Source of the DNA: an uncultured Enterobacteriaceae bacterium
Lineage (GTDB): Bacteria > Myxococcota_A > UBA9042
Assembly (NCBI GenBank): GCA_964438735.1
Contig: CAYTLW010000004.1
Span: forward strand, 51,953-115,952
Length of the DNA: 64,000 bases
Reading direction: 5' to 3'
Shown: positions 39,121 to 48,590 of the stretch, piece by piece
Layout of the letters: every line of letters starts with the position of its first letter
How positions within the stretch are numbered: position 1 is the first letter of the stretch
Translations under genes and position numbers: made by a program
Notes under the pieces: generated by a model
What the model was told of the DNA's origin: nothing
The model's input: only the letters and a program-made list of their open reading frames with translations
The model's database searches: none

Positions 39121-39423
39121 TCAGGGACTCCTTTGTCCGCCTTCGATGTGCTCGCTCAAGTCGAATCGGGGATTGGCCACGGCCAGTTGTTGGCGCAACC
39201 AGCGGGCGATGGCCTCGGGATCCTTGTCGTCCACCGCGGTGGATTCCAGCCCCAATCCTGCGCCGACCTGCTGCAGCACACTGGCCGCAACAAGCAGTCG
39301 AAAGCGCAGCCCGGCGTCCTGCACCGCGGGCCTGACATCGGCCATCAGGAAGCGCGCCACCCCCGCCAGCAGGGTGGGGTCGTCGGGGAATGGCGCAATC
39401 GCTTCGGTCGGCTCTGCACTCAT
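39121..39423 (-). CDS. Small conserved hypothetical protein (100 aa) between phosphotransferase and ACAD genes (possibly the DUF6285-type partner)
   Basis: ATG at 39423 overlaps the TGA of the phosphotransferase as ATGA. MSAEPTEAIAPFPDDPTLLAGVARFLMADVRPAVQD... Its stop lies 1 nt before the ACAD ATG. Confidence 0.55.
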   Translation of the reverse strand: MSAEPTEAIAPFPDDPTLLAGVARFLMADVRPAVQDAGLRFRLLVAASVLQQVGAGLGLESTAVDDKDPEAIARWLRQQLAVANPRFDLSEHIEGGQRSP

Positions 39424-40469
39424 GGCTTCCTCCAGGCGGGTACACCGGTGCGAATCAGCCGCATGGCCTCCCACTCCATCTCCACCACGCGTCGTCCGAT
39501 GGCCAGGTATTCCAGATCGAGCGCCTTGCCCGACAGGTAGCGCATGGACTGCTGCACGGCACCTACGGCCCAGCGCGCGTTGCCCATCACCTCCCACCAA
39601 TGCAGCCGGCGCTCGTCGACACGCACGCCAGCGGCCGCTTCGTAGGCCGCCAGGAAGGTGGCGCGGTCGCCGAATCCGCCGACCGGCTGGTCCAGCACGC
39701 CAAATCGCCAGTCGCGCACACAGATCCAGGACAGGTCCTCGGCGCGGCTGCCCCAATGGGCGAATTCCCAGTCCAGGATGCCGTGCAACCCGCTTTCGCC
39801 GACCATGAAGTTGCCCGTGCGGAAGTCGCCGTGCAGCAGCACATGCTCTTCCGCGGCCGGCGCATTATCCGCCAGCCACCGGTTGAGCCAGCGCAGGGCG
39901 GGGCGTCGGCTCGGCAACTGGCCCAGGTTCGCGTCCAGGTCGTTCAGCGCGGCCGCTGCCGGATCGGTGCCAGGCGCCTCGCCGGCGAACAGCTGGGGCC
40001 CATCGTGAGGGCCGATGCTGTGGATCCGGGCCAGTTCTTCGGCCAGCACCGGGCCGAGCGTCTGCCGTGCCTCTGCCAGCTTCGGGTCGCCGACCACCTT
40101 GCGGCCGATGGCGACCCCGTCCACCCAGGGCATGAAGTAGGCCGAGGCGCCGGGACGGACGAGGTCCTCGGCGAGATGCTGCGCCGCCGGGGTGCGCACG
40201 CCGGCCGCCACCGCGGCGTTGATGACCGGCGCCTCCTGGCGTCTGGCGATGCTGCCCATCAGGGCGCTGCTGGCGTCCGAGCGCAGCACGAAACGCCGGC
40301 TGGTGGCGTCTTCGTAGACCACATCGACGGCGAAGTTCTCCTGGCATGCACCGCCAGCGAGCGGGCGCAATTCCACAGTGCTGACCGCGTCTTCCGACAC
40401 CGCACGCAGGTGCTCGAGCACGCGCTGTTGCACTTGTCCGAGGTTGTCTGCGAGTTTGGCTGCCGTCAT
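39420..40469 (-). CDS. Phosphotransferase-family protein (APH/aminoglycoside-phosphotransferase-like kinase fold)
   Basis: Real start MTAAKLADN at 40469 (ATG verified). The upstream part of the 588-aa track ORF is antisense to the hydratase gene. APH motifs HGDFRTGNFMV and DWEFAHWG are present. Confidence 0.8.
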   Translation of the reverse strand: MTAAKLADNLGQVQQRVLEHLRAVSEDAVSTVELRPLAGGACQENFAVDVVYEDATSRRFVLRSDASSALMGSIARRQEAPVINAAVAAGVRTPAAQHLAEDLVRPGASAYFMPWVDGVAIGRKVVGDPKLAEARQTLGPVLAEELARIHSIGPHDGPQLFAGEAPGTDPAAAALNDLDANLGQLPSRRPALRWLNRWLADNAPAAEEHVLLHGDFRTGNFMVGESGLHGILDWEFAHWGSRAEDLSWICVRDWRFGVLDQPVGGFGDRATFLAAYEAAAGVRVDERRLHWWEVMGNARWAVGAVQQSMRYLSGKALDLEYLAIGRRVVEMEWEAMRLIRTGVPAWRKP

Positions 40470-40487
40470 CGACCCAGGAGAGTGAAC

Positions 40488-41231
40488 ATGAGCGTTCGTG
40501 TCAACCATGAAGGACCCGTGACCGTGGTCACGATCGACCGACCCGACCGCCGCAACGCCGTCGATCGGGCCACCGCCGAGGGACTGGCGGACGCTTTCCG
40601 GGCGTTCGAGGCTGACGACAATGCGGCGGTCGCCATCCTGACCGGTGCCGGGCAGACGTTCTGCGCCGGGGCCGACCTGAAGGCCATAGCAGCCGGGGCG
40701 CCCAATCGTGTGGCGCCAGACGGCGACGGCCCCATGGGGCCCACGCGCATGGAGTTGAGCAAGCCGGTCATCGCCGCGGTCGAAGGACACGCCGTGGCCG
40801 GTGGGTTGGAGTTGGCCTGCTGGTGCGACCTGAGGGTGGTGGCGAGCGATGCCGTGTTCGGCGTCTTCTGCCGCCGATGGGGCGTGCCGCTCATCGATGG
40901 CGGCACGGTCCGGCTGCCCCGACTGGTCGGCATGAGTCAGGCGCTGGACATGATCCTGACCGGGAGGGCCGTCGGCGCCGAAGAGGCCCTGCAGATGGGC
41001 CTGGCCAACCGCGTGGTGGCGACTGGACAAGCCCTGGCGGAGGCGGTGAAGCTGGCCGGCGAGGTGGCCGCCTTTCCGCAGATGGCCATGCGTGGCGACC
41101 GCGCCAGTGCGCGTCAGCAATGGTCGCTCAGCGAGCGCGACGCCCTGGCCAACGAGCTGGTGCACGGCGAGGCAGCCATGCGTCACGAGGCGGTGGCAGG
41201 CGCCCGACGATTTCGCGGAGATGCCACATGA
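40488..41231 (+). CDS. Enoyl-CoA hydratase/isomerase (crotonase family)
   Basis: ATG at 40488 (MSVRVNHEGPVTVVTIDRPDRRNAVD). Crotonase oxyanion-hole motifs TGAGQTFCAGADLK and AAVEGHAVAGGLELACWCDLRV. Confidence 0.85.
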   Translation: MSVRVNHEGPVTVVTIDRPDRRNAVDRATAEGLADAFRAFEADDNAAVAILTGAGQTFCAGADLKAIAAGAPNRVAPDGDGPMGPTRMELSKPVIAAVEGHAVAGGLELACWCDLRVVASDAVFGVFCRRWGVPLIDGGTVRLPRLVGMSQALDMILTGRAVGAEEALQMGLANRVVATGQALAEAVKLAGEVAAFPQMAMRGDRASARQQWSLSERDALANELVHGEAAMRHEAVAGARRFRGDAT

Positions 41232-42613
41232 TCCGCAGCGAACGCATCCTCATTCTCGGCCTCGGCGGCATTGGTTACTACCTCGCCAAACGTCTGGCGC
41301 ACGACGGCCATGCCATCACAGCCATCGAGTCCGACGCCGAGACCGTGCTGCGGGCCGATGCCGACATCGACGCCCGCACGGTGCACGGCAACGCGCTGAC
41401 CTTTTCGTGTTGGAAGGGAGTCGCCGGTGAGTCTTTCGACTACCTGATCGCCGTCACCGACAGCGACGCCGTCAACATCACCGCGTCGCTGATCGCCCAT
41501 CGCTGCGGCGTGCAGCAGAAGATCGCCCGCATCCGCTCCCTGGAGCTCTGGCGCCCCGACGCCCTGCTTCGCAAGGAAGACCTGCACATCGACCTGATGA
41601 TCCGCCCGGCCGAACTCACCGCCCTGGAGATCGCCCGCCTGCTCGAGGTCCGCTCGGGCAACATGGTCATCGACATCGATGATGGCGAGATGCAGGTGCT
41701 GGAGATCCCGGTCACCGAGAGCTCTCCCCTGTGCCGCAAGACGCTCATCGAGGCCGCGCAATTGCACGACGCCTTCCGCTTCCGCATCGTGGCCATCGCC
41801 CGTGGCATCCAGACCATCATCCCCGGCGGACACGACGTCATCCTGCCCAACGACCACATCTTCGTCCTGGCGCACCAGGCCAAGCTGCCCGATCTCATGG
41901 CCCTGGCAGGGCTGTCCGACCAGCGACGCCATCGGGTGATGATCATCGGCGGTGGATTGATCGGTCAGCGTACGGCGCAGCTGCTCGAGCAGACGCACCC
42001 GGTCACCCTGATCGAGCGCGACGAGAAGCGGGCCGAAGAGCTGTCCTGCCTGCTCGACAAGACCCAATGCCTGCATGGGGACGGCGCCGACGCCGAGACG
42101 CTGATTCAGGCCGGGCTGTTGGAAGCCGACACCATCATCACCGCCACCAGCGACAACGAGACCAACATCATGACCGGTGTGCTGGCCAAGCATCTGCTGC
42201 GCACCCACGGCGATGGCGGCGATGGCGACGGCAAGACCATCGTGCTGGTCAAACGAGAGGAGTACGTGGCCCTGGCCTCGTCCATGGGCGCCGACATCGT
42301 GCTCAACAGCAAGGTCCTGGCCGGCAACGAGATCCTCAAACACATCCGCCGCGGTCAGCTGCTGGCGGTGGCCCACCTGCACGGCTGTGACGCCGAGGTC
42401 CTGGAGCTGGTGGCGGAGCCAGACGCGCCCATCACGCGCCGGCCGTTGCAGGATGTTTCAGGGCTGAAGGGTCGAATCCTGATCGGCGGCGTGTATCGAG
42501 AAGGCGTCTGGCGGATTGCGGTCGGATCGACGCGTATTGCGGCTGGCGAAAAGGTGATCGCGATCTGTTCATGTCACGATCAGCCACACTTGCAGCGGCT
42601 GTTCCTGAGCTGA
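41228..42613 (+). CDS. trkA: Trk system potassium uptake protein TrkA (two TrkA-N/TrkA-C units)
   Basis: ATGA overlap with the hydratase gene. Rossmann motifs ILILGLGGIGYYLAKRL and VMIIGGGLIGQ, with two RCK_C segments. Confidence 0.85.
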   Translation: MIRSERILILGLGGIGYYLAKRLAHDGHAITAIESDAETVLRADADIDARTVHGNALTFSCWKGVAGESFDYLIAVTDSDAVNITASLIAHRCGVQQKIARIRSLELWRPDALLRKEDLHIDLMIRPAELTALEIARLLEVRSGNMVIDIDDGEMQVLEIPVTESSPLCRKTLIEAAQLHDAFRFRIVAIARGIQTIIPGGHDVILPNDHIFVLAHQAKLPDLMALAGLSDQRRHRVMIIGGGLIGQRTAQLLEQTHPVTLIERDEKRAEELSCLLDKTQCLHGDGADAETLIQAGLLEADTIITATSDNETNIMTGVLAKHLLRTHGDGGDGDGKTIVLVKREEYVALASSMGADIVLNSKVLAGNEILKHIRRGQLLAVAHLHGCDAEVLELVAEPDAPITRRPLQDVSGLKGRILIGGVYREGVWRIAVGSTRIAAGEKVIAICSCHDQPHLQRLFLS

Positions 42614-42635
42614 TTTCGGACGTGGTTTGTGCCCG

Positions 42636-44684
42636 TCAGCGAACGACCGCGCTTTGACAGAGCGCGCTGACCAGCGGCTCCAGGTCGTCGGTCCCGCTCG
42701 AAATCGCCGTCTCCAAGGCTCGGGCGTGGTCCCCGCAGGTGGTCAGCCCGTACATGCCAGCGCTGCCGGCGAGCTTGTGGGCAATAGCCGCGACACCCTG
42801 GCGATCCCCGGCCTGCCAGGACGATTGCAATTCAGCGATGCGATCGGGCAGGCGTTCCTCGAACTGCTGCTTCTGCACTGCCAAGGCCCGGGCGAGAATC
42901 TCCTCGGCGGCCGGGCGGGCCTGTTCGTGCTCGTTGCACTCGTCCGCTTCGACCTGGCGGCTCGCCGCCTCCGGCAGCAGGTCGGCCATGGCCGATAGCA
43001 GCACGGCGAAGTCCACGGGTTTGGTCACATAGCCGTCGCAACCGGCGGCCAGGCATCGTTCGCGGTCGCCGGCCATGGCGTGCGCCGTCAGCGCGATGAC
43101 CGGACCGCCATGACCATCTGCGCGCAGCCTGCTGGTGGCGGCATAGCCGTCGAGCACGGGCATCTGCATGTCCATCAAGATCATGTCGAAGGCCTGGCCA
43201 CCAGCGGCTGCCTCGCGGACGGCGTGCAGCGCCGCGCCGCCATTGTCCACCAACTCCACAGAGGCACCCGCGCGCTCGAGGTGGAGCGCGATCAGTCGGC
43301 CGCTGTCAGCGAAGTCCTCGGCCAGCAGCACGGACACATCGGTCAGGTCCAACTGGTGCACTGCCTGCGGCTTGCTCGCCTGTCGCAGCCCCCCACGTGC
43401 AGGATCGCGCAGCCCGGCCGCCTCGTCGGCCGAGACCGGCAGGATCAGCCGGAAGCAGCTGCCCACATCCACCGTACTCTCCGCTTCCAGGCGGCCGCCC
43501 ATCAACTCGGCCAGCTGTCGCGAGATGGTCAGGCCCAGTCCCGTGCCACCGTATACGCGGGCCGTGCTGGCGTCGGCCTGCACGAAGGGCTGAAAGAGAG
43601 ACTCCAAGCGGGCCTTGTCGACGCCGATCCCGCTGTCGATGACCTCGAGCCGAAGTTCTCGATTTCCTTCGGCCAGGGCGACCCGAATTCGGACCCTGCC
43701 CTTGCGTGTGAACTTCACGGCGTTGCCCATCAAGTTGAGCAGCACCTGCTTGAGCCGCAGGGGATCGCTGTGCAGTCGTTCGGGCACCCGCGTGGCGTAC
43801 TCGATGCCGAACTCCAGCCCCCGTACGTTCGACTGGACCCTCATCAGCGAGGCCACATCCTCGACCACCGCCTGGACGTCGACGGGTACCGACTCCACGA
43901 GCAGCTCGCCTGCCTCGATCTTGGCCAGGTCGAGCACCTGGTTGACCAGATCGACCAGGTGAGCGCTGTTGCGCTGGATCACCTGCGTGGCTTGTTCACG
44001 TTCATCGGCGCTGACTCGCGGGTCGGATAACAGGTCACCGTAGCCGGTGATGGCTGCCAGCGGCGTGCGCAATTCGTGGCTCATGTGGGCGAGGAAGGAG
44101 GACTTGGCCGAAGACGCTGCCTGGGCAGCCGCCGTGGCGCGACGAAGGTTCTCCGTAGCCACAGCGAGCCGCTTGCCCCGCTGACGCATGGCCTCTGCTA
44201 CTGGCGCAGTCACCATGGCGACGGCCAGCATGGCCAGTCCGGGTACCAGCCACGCCATCGTCGGCCCGGCCATGTGCTGCCAGGCGCCCAGTACCAGGAC
44301 GATGAGCGCGACCTCTGCCGCCAACGCCGCGCCAAAGCTCAACAGGTAGGGGACCGCGACGATGGCCGGCAGCGCCACCACCCACGCTTCCGTCGTCGGC
44401 CCGCCGAGCCACGCCAGCGGCGGCAGCAGCAGCAGCGACAGGCCGGCTCGCGCGCCGTCGAGCGCCCTACCTGGCTCCTCACCCCGTTCGATGCGCCGCT
44501 TGATGATGACATTCAGCGCGATATTGCCGGCCACAAAGAGCACGGACACGATGGCTGCGAGCCAGGGGTGTGCGGACCCGGCCACCACGTAGGCGCACGT
44601 CAGGACCACGGGCAAGGGCATCGCCTTGTCCAGGAACTGGCTGCCAGCGGTTTCGAATGACTGCTGGCTGTGCGTGTTGTTCAC
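42636..44684 (-). CDS. Hybrid sensor histidine kinase / response regulator with C-terminal HPt domain and N-terminal multi-TM sensor
   Basis: GTG start at 44684. H-box FLAHMSHELRTPLAAI, HATPase G-boxes, receiver DMILMDMQMPVLDG, HPt HKLAGSAGMYGL. Confidence 0.85.
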   Translation of the reverse strand: MNNTHSQQSFETAGSQFLDKAMPLPVVLTCAYVVAGSAHPWLAAIVSVLFVAGNIALNVIIKRRIERGEEPGRALDGARAGLSLLLLPPLAWLGGPTTEAWVVALPAIVAVPYLLSFGAALAAEVALIVLVLGAWQHMAGPTMAWLVPGLAMLAVAMVTAPVAEAMRQRGKRLAVATENLRRATAAAQAASSAKSSFLAHMSHELRTPLAAITGYGDLLSDPRVSADEREQATQVIQRNSAHLVDLVNQVLDLAKIEAGELLVESVPVDVQAVVEDVASLMRVQSNVRGLEFGIEYATRVPERLHSDPLRLKQVLLNLMGNAVKFTRKGRVRIRVALAEGNRELRLEVIDSGIGVDKARLESLFQPFVQADASTARVYGGTGLGLTISRQLAELMGGRLEAESTVDVGSCFRLILPVSADEAAGLRDPARGGLRQASKPQAVHQLDLTDVSVLLAEDFADSGRLIALHLERAGASVELVDNGGAALHAVREAAAGGQAFDMILMDMQMPVLDGYAATSRLRADGHGGPVIALTAHAMAGDRERCLAAGCDGYVTKPVDFAVLLSAMADLLPEAASRQVEADECNEHEQARPAAEEILARALAVQKQQFEERLPDRIAELQSSWQAGDRQGVAAIAHKLAGSAGMYGLTTCGDHARALETAISSGTDDLEPLVSALCQSAVVR

Positions 44685-44981
44685 CAGGAGCTCCGCAGCA
44701 GCCGTGGGCGGGTGTGCGCTGTGCCACTTCTATGCCAGAAGGCTGCCCGTTTCGTCTACGGAACGGCCCCCGACGACGACCGTGCCAGACCTGGCCAAGC
44801 GGGCGCTGCAAGCGCACAGCCGGCACAAGCGATGACCGCAATTGCAGTCAGCTCGAGTCCGCCCCCGCTGGCCATGCTGACGTCAGCGCTCCTGGCCGCC
44901 CGACCTCGCCTTCACCGCGACCCGACAGCGGTGGTAGGCTCTCCCTTGTGGAGCACGACCGCTCCCTGTTGGAGAGTGCAT

Positions 44982-45560
44982 ATGCCCCCCCCACCCGCCC
45001 TCGCGTTGATCCTGGTCGCCGCCGCGCTGGCCATCGCAGGCGCTCGCATGGCCTGGCTTCTGGGCAACATGAACGTGAACGTGCCGGCGTTCACCGCCGT
45101 GGTCCTCAAGCTGTTGATGTCCGGCAACCAGGACCGGGCGCGCAAGATCTGCAACGCCACTCCCAGGGTGCCCCTGGCCATCGGTGTTCGCTTGATGTTG
45201 GAGAGCGTCGACGGCGTGGACGATGACGCCGAGCTCAGACGCCGCCTCGGACCGGTGTGGCTCAAGCAGGTGCTCGGCCTGCGACCAACATTGCGGCGAT
45301 TCGACCAGGCGACCCGGCTGGTGCTCGGCCTGGCCGGCGCCGGCGTCGTGTTATCGCTGTTTGGCGGCGGCGGTCTGCACCCGATGATCCTGGGGCCCGT
45401 AGTGGCCACCGCGGTCGTCGCCGCGGCGACCGAGTTCAAGCTGCGCCAGGTAGAGGCCGCGACCTTGGAGAGCTGGGAGCGGGTGCTGGACTTCCTGGCC
45501 CGCGGGCTGCGCGACGAGGTCATCGCCGAGTATGAGCGCAAGGGCCTCGATGTGAATTGA
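44982..45560 (+). CDS. Hypothetical membrane protein (3 predicted TM helices)
   Basis: ATG at 44982 inside track ORF 44670..45560. It has an N-terminal TM helix (ALALILVAAALAIAG) and two more at about residues 135-175. Function unclear. Confidence 0.45.
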   Translation: MPPPPALALILVAAALAIAGARMAWLLGNMNVNVPAFTAVVLKLLMSGNQDRARKICNATPRVPLAIGVRLMLESVDGVDDDAELRRRLGPVWLKQVLGLRPTLRRFDQATRLVLGLAGAGVVLSLFGGGGLHPMILGPVVATAVVAAATEFKLRQVEAATLESWERVLDFLARGLRDEVIAEYERKGLDVN

Positions 45561-45606
45561 GGTTGGCGCCGCCGTTGCGGGTCCAATCGTCGAATCGGGA
45601 GCGGCC

Positions 45607-46119
45607 ATGAACGATGACGCCATCTTCGCCATCGAACGTCCCGATGACAGCCTGCTCAAGCTCTACGTGATCCGTTCGCTGGTGCTGGGCCCCCTGTTCT
45701 GGGTGATGTTGCTGCCGCTGTACTTCCGCTTTCGCACGCTGCGTTATCGATTCGATGATGAAGGCGTGTCCATGAGCTGGGGCATCCTCTTCCGACGCGA
45801 GATCCACCTGACCTACGCGCGCATTCAGGACATTCACCTGGTCAGCGGCTTCGTGCAGCGCTGGCTGGGCCTGGCCGACGTGCTGGTGCAGACCGCGTCG
45901 GGCAACGCGGGCGCCGAGATGCGCATCGAAGGCATGCTGGAGTGCGGCGATGTGCGCGACTTCCTCTATCGGCGCATGCGCGGCGGCGACAAGATCGAAG
46001 CGCCGGCCAGCAAGGATACCGACGGCGCAGATGACGAGCTGGTCGACCTGCTGCACGCCATGCGCGATGACCTGGCCGCCGTACGCACGGCCATCGAGGG
46101 CGGGGGCGCAGATGTTTGA
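45607..46119 (+). CDS. Bacterial PH-domain (bPH_2/YdbS-like) membrane protein
   Basis: The N-terminal TM hairpin (LVLGPLFWVMLLPLYF) is followed by a bPH_2-like core (EIHLTYARIQDIHLVSGFVQRWLGLADVLVQTASG). Confidence 0.65.
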   Translation: MNDDAIFAIERPDDSLLKLYVIRSLVLGPLFWVMLLPLYFRFRTLRYRFDDEGVSMSWGILFRREIHLTYARIQDIHLVSGFVQRWLGLADVLVQTASGNAGAEMRIEGMLECGDVRDFLYRRMRGGDKIEAPASKDTDGADDELVDLLHAMRDDLAAVRTAIEGGGADV

Positions 46120-46888
46120 GACCCTGCGCGGCCTGGTGACGCGCTGGCTGCGCGTGCCCGAAGCGCCCGAACCGCCGGCAGGCTCCGAAGGCACCTTGAC
46201 CGTATTCCAGCCCGGTGAGCGTTACGTGCGCTACAAGATGGTTGGCTGGTGGCTCGGTCATGCGTCGCTCTTTCTCTTCATCCTGTCGCCCACCGTGCTG
46301 GCGCCGGCGCTGATCCTGCTGGGTGCCCGGCTGCGATCTGAGGCCATGTGGCTGGGCGCGCTGGCCATGTGCATCGTGGCGGTGTTCTGCTTGTTGGGCT
46401 GGGTCGCCTTCATGGTCGCCACCTGGGTCACCGTGCGCATGGATCGCGACCTGCGCTGGTACATGGTCACCGACCGCGCGGTCCGCATCCGCGAAGGCGT
46501 CTGGTTCGTGCGCGAGATGACCCTGACCTTCGACAACATCCAGAACGTCTCGGTCGCCCAGGGCCCCCTGCAACGCTACTTCGGCCTCGCCGATGTGCAG
46601 GTACAGACCGCCGGCGGTGGTGGTGTGCAGGCCGGCGCCGAGGGCGCCGCGCAGGATACCCTGCATACCGGCTTCTTCCGCGGCGTCGAGGATGCGGCGG
46701 CGATTCGCGACTTTCTGATTGAGCGAATGCGCACCGGTCGGGACTCCGGGCTTGGCGATCCGGACGATCCCGCGCTGGCCAGGCGTGCAACTCAGCAGGG
46801 CCTGTCGCCCGCGGCCATGGCTGCGTTGCGCGAGGTCGCTGGACAGACGCGTGCCCTACGGGATGTGCTGGCCGGCAAGGCCCGGTGA
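46112..46888 (+). CDS. Bacterial PH-domain (bPH_2/YdbT-like) membrane protein
   Basis: ATG at 46112 overlaps the previous gene by 8 nt. TM hairpin followed by bPH_2 core (TLTFDNIQNVSVAQGPLQRYFGLADVQVQTAGG). Confidence 0.65.
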   Translation: MFETLRGLVTRWLRVPEAPEPPAGSEGTLTVFQPGERYVRYKMVGWWLGHASLFLFILSPTVLAPALILLGARLRSEAMWLGALAMCIVAVFCLLGWVAFMVATWVTVRMDRDLRWYMVTDRAVRIREGVWFVREMTLTFDNIQNVSVAQGPLQRYFGLADVQVQTAGGGGVQAGAEGAAQDTLHTGFFRGVEDAAAIRDFLIERMRTGRDSGLGDPDDPALARRATQQGLSPAAMAALREVAGQTRALRDVLAGKAR

Positions 46889-46936
46889 AGTAGCGGTCTC
46901 TGCTTGTTTCTGTCAGGAAGTCTCGAGCTGGCCGCG

Positions 46937-48406
46937 TCAGGGCCCCGAGCAGCAATCCAGGTCGAGGATCTCGCCGTTGGTATAGTCATCGACCCGTAGA
47001 TCCGGCCGCGGTCGGTCGGTCACGGCCTTCAACTCCGACGTACCGTGCACGTCGATGTAGCGTGTCCAGACGCCAGGGCAGAGATTGTCGAAAGCGCAGC
47101 CGTCGCAGGTCTCTTTGGGTTTGACCCGCTCGGGATCGGCCAGGGTGCCGGTGTAGTCGCCCATCAGGTCGTAGTGGTCGATGTAATCCGGCGCCACGCA
47201 GGGCGGCAGGGCGCAGCATTGGGAGCTCTCGACCCGCAGACCGGTCTCGCGGCCCATCTCGAAGGCGCCGACGAAGGGCGTCAGGCACTCGGTGAACGAG
47301 GGCAGCAGCGCGTGATGTGACCAGGCGTGGCCGCGCGGGATGGGATAGCTGAACTGCAGCCGCTCCAGGGCGCCTCCCCACCGATCCCAGCACCAGCGAC
47401 CAAACGCGGGCAGGTGGGCCAGGCTGGGGCGCATGACCACGGCGGTGATCTTGATGCGGAAGCCCATCTTGGCGGCCAGGTCGATGGCGCGCACCTTGCG
47501 GGCGTGTCGTTCGGTGGCGGGGCCTTTTGCGAGCACGGCGCGCGGCGGCAGGGAGGGGCCCTTGCCGTCGATGGAGAAGCGCTGCGCCAGGGGTTTGTCG
47601 GGCACATCCAGCGCGCCCGTCATCATGTCCGAGATGTGTGGATCGGCCGCGTGCAGGGAGAAACCCAGGCCCAGCCGTTCGCGATAGGGCAGGTAGGGCT
47701 CCAGCGCGCCCGGCTCGCCGAAGCGGATGCCATTGGTCTGCACGATGATCTCGTCGGCGCCACGCTCCCAGGCCAGTCTGACGAAGTCGGGCAGGTCCTT
47801 GACCAGGGTCGGCTCGCCGCCGGAGAAGATGACCTGGCTGAGCGAACCGGCCGGCAGGCGCTTGAGGATGTCGCGCAGGGCCGACTTGGAGGTGACCAGG
47901 TTGGCGTTGCCTTCGGTGGCGTTGCAGAACATGCAGTTCTCGTCGCACTGGTCGGTGACCCGGATGTAGAGCTTCTTGCCCGGCGACACCTCCAGGTACT
48001 TCTCCTGCCCCGGCCGGACGAAGTAGCGCGAAAAGAGCTCGTCCACCGACCAGCCGCGCGTGGCGGTGACCGTCTGCAGGCGTTTGCCCACCTCGCGTAG
48101 CAGCGCCTCCATGCGCCGGTCGAAGGCCTCGCCGCGATAGGAGACATTCCACGCATTGGTGCGGAAGAAGGCGGCGCTGTCCTCATCGTGGGGACGAAGC
48201 AGCACGGCAAAGGGCACCGCGTCGCCGTTGACCGTCACGCCCATGCGCAAGTGGTCGCCTTCGTGAGTCCAATCGCTGACCTGGACCACGCCCAGCCGAT
48301 CGCCGGCGCGGATCTCACACGGGGCGCCAAAGTCGTCGAAGAAGCGCTCAAGGCGCGGCACGGCGTCTTTGTCCTTGGGAATTACGGCGTGATCGAACAG
48401 GGCCAT
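46937..48406 (-). CDS. Radical SAM enzyme with SPASM-like C-terminal Cys cluster and ~140-aa N-terminal extension
   Basis: CX3CX2C at CDENCMFCNA and SAM-binding GGEP (IFSGGEPTL). C-terminal Cys pairs (QCCALPPC and CDGCAFDNLCPG). SD AGGAGG 10 nt upstream of the ATG at 48406. Monocistronic. Confidence 0.75.
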   Translation of the reverse strand: MALFDHAVIPKDKDAVPRLERFFDDFGAPCEIRAGDRLGVVQVSDWTHEGDHLRMGVTVNGDAVPFAVLLRPHDEDSAAFFRTNAWNVSYRGEAFDRRMEALLREVGKRLQTVTATRGWSVDELFSRYFVRPGQEKYLEVSPGKKLYIRVTDQCDENCMFCNATEGNANLVTSKSALRDILKRLPAGSLSQVIFSGGEPTLVKDLPDFVRLAWERGADEIIVQTNGIRFGEPGALEPYLPYRERLGLGFSLHAADPHISDMMTGALDVPDKPLAQRFSIDGKGPSLPPRAVLAKGPATERHARKVRAIDLAAKMGFRIKITAVVMRPSLAHLPAFGRWCWDRWGGALERLQFSYPIPRGHAWSHHALLPSFTECLTPFVGAFEMGRETGLRVESSQCCALPPCVAPDYIDHYDLMGDYTGTLADPERVKPKETCDGCAFDNLCPGVWTRYIDVHGTSELKAVTDRPRPDLRVDDYTNGEILDLDCCSGP

Positions 48407-48460
48407 AGGGCCGGCACCTCCTGGCCGATCAGGCTAGCGTGCGCCGGCGATTCTGCCCAG

Positions 48461-48590
48461 TTGTGAATCGCCTGGCACCCTACAAAACGGCGAGTTGTGA
48501 ATCAAAGGCACCCTACAAAACGGCGAGTTGTGAATCAAAGGCACCCTACAAAACGGCGAGTTGTGAATCAAACGCACCCTACAAATCGCA
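48461..48590. repeat. Four tandem copies of a 33-bp AT-rich repeat (TTGTGAATCAAAGGCACCCTACAAAACGGCGAG) in a divergent promoter region
   Basis: Copy 1 is 34 bp with a variant (TCGCCTGG), copies 2-3 are identical, and copy 4 diverges at its 3' end. About 48% GC against about 70% for the window. No spacers, so not CRISPR. Confidence 0.9.

Noticed and set aside
40470-41186. N-terminal 239 aa of track ORF 39420..41186 (-)
   Set aside because: This part lies antisense to the enoyl-CoA hydratase gene. The phosphotransferase begins at MTAAKLADN (40469) with an APH-like N-terminus.
44982-46888. Small membrane protein plus PH-domain proteins as a MotA/ExbB-like (Zorya-type) module
   Set aside because: The 192-aa membrane protein is far shorter than ZorA and has no MotB/ExbD partner. 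The following genes are ordinary bPH_2 (YdbS/YdbT-like) proteins.
48461-48590. 33-bp repeat array as a CRISPR array
   Set aside because: The units are contiguous with no unique spacers, there are only four copies, and no cas genes are nearby.
48470-48590. Sigma-54 promoter reading of GGCACCCTACAAAA within each repeat
   Set aside because: A -24 GG/GGCAC-like element is present, but the -12 GC (TTGCW) element at the correct spacing is missing.
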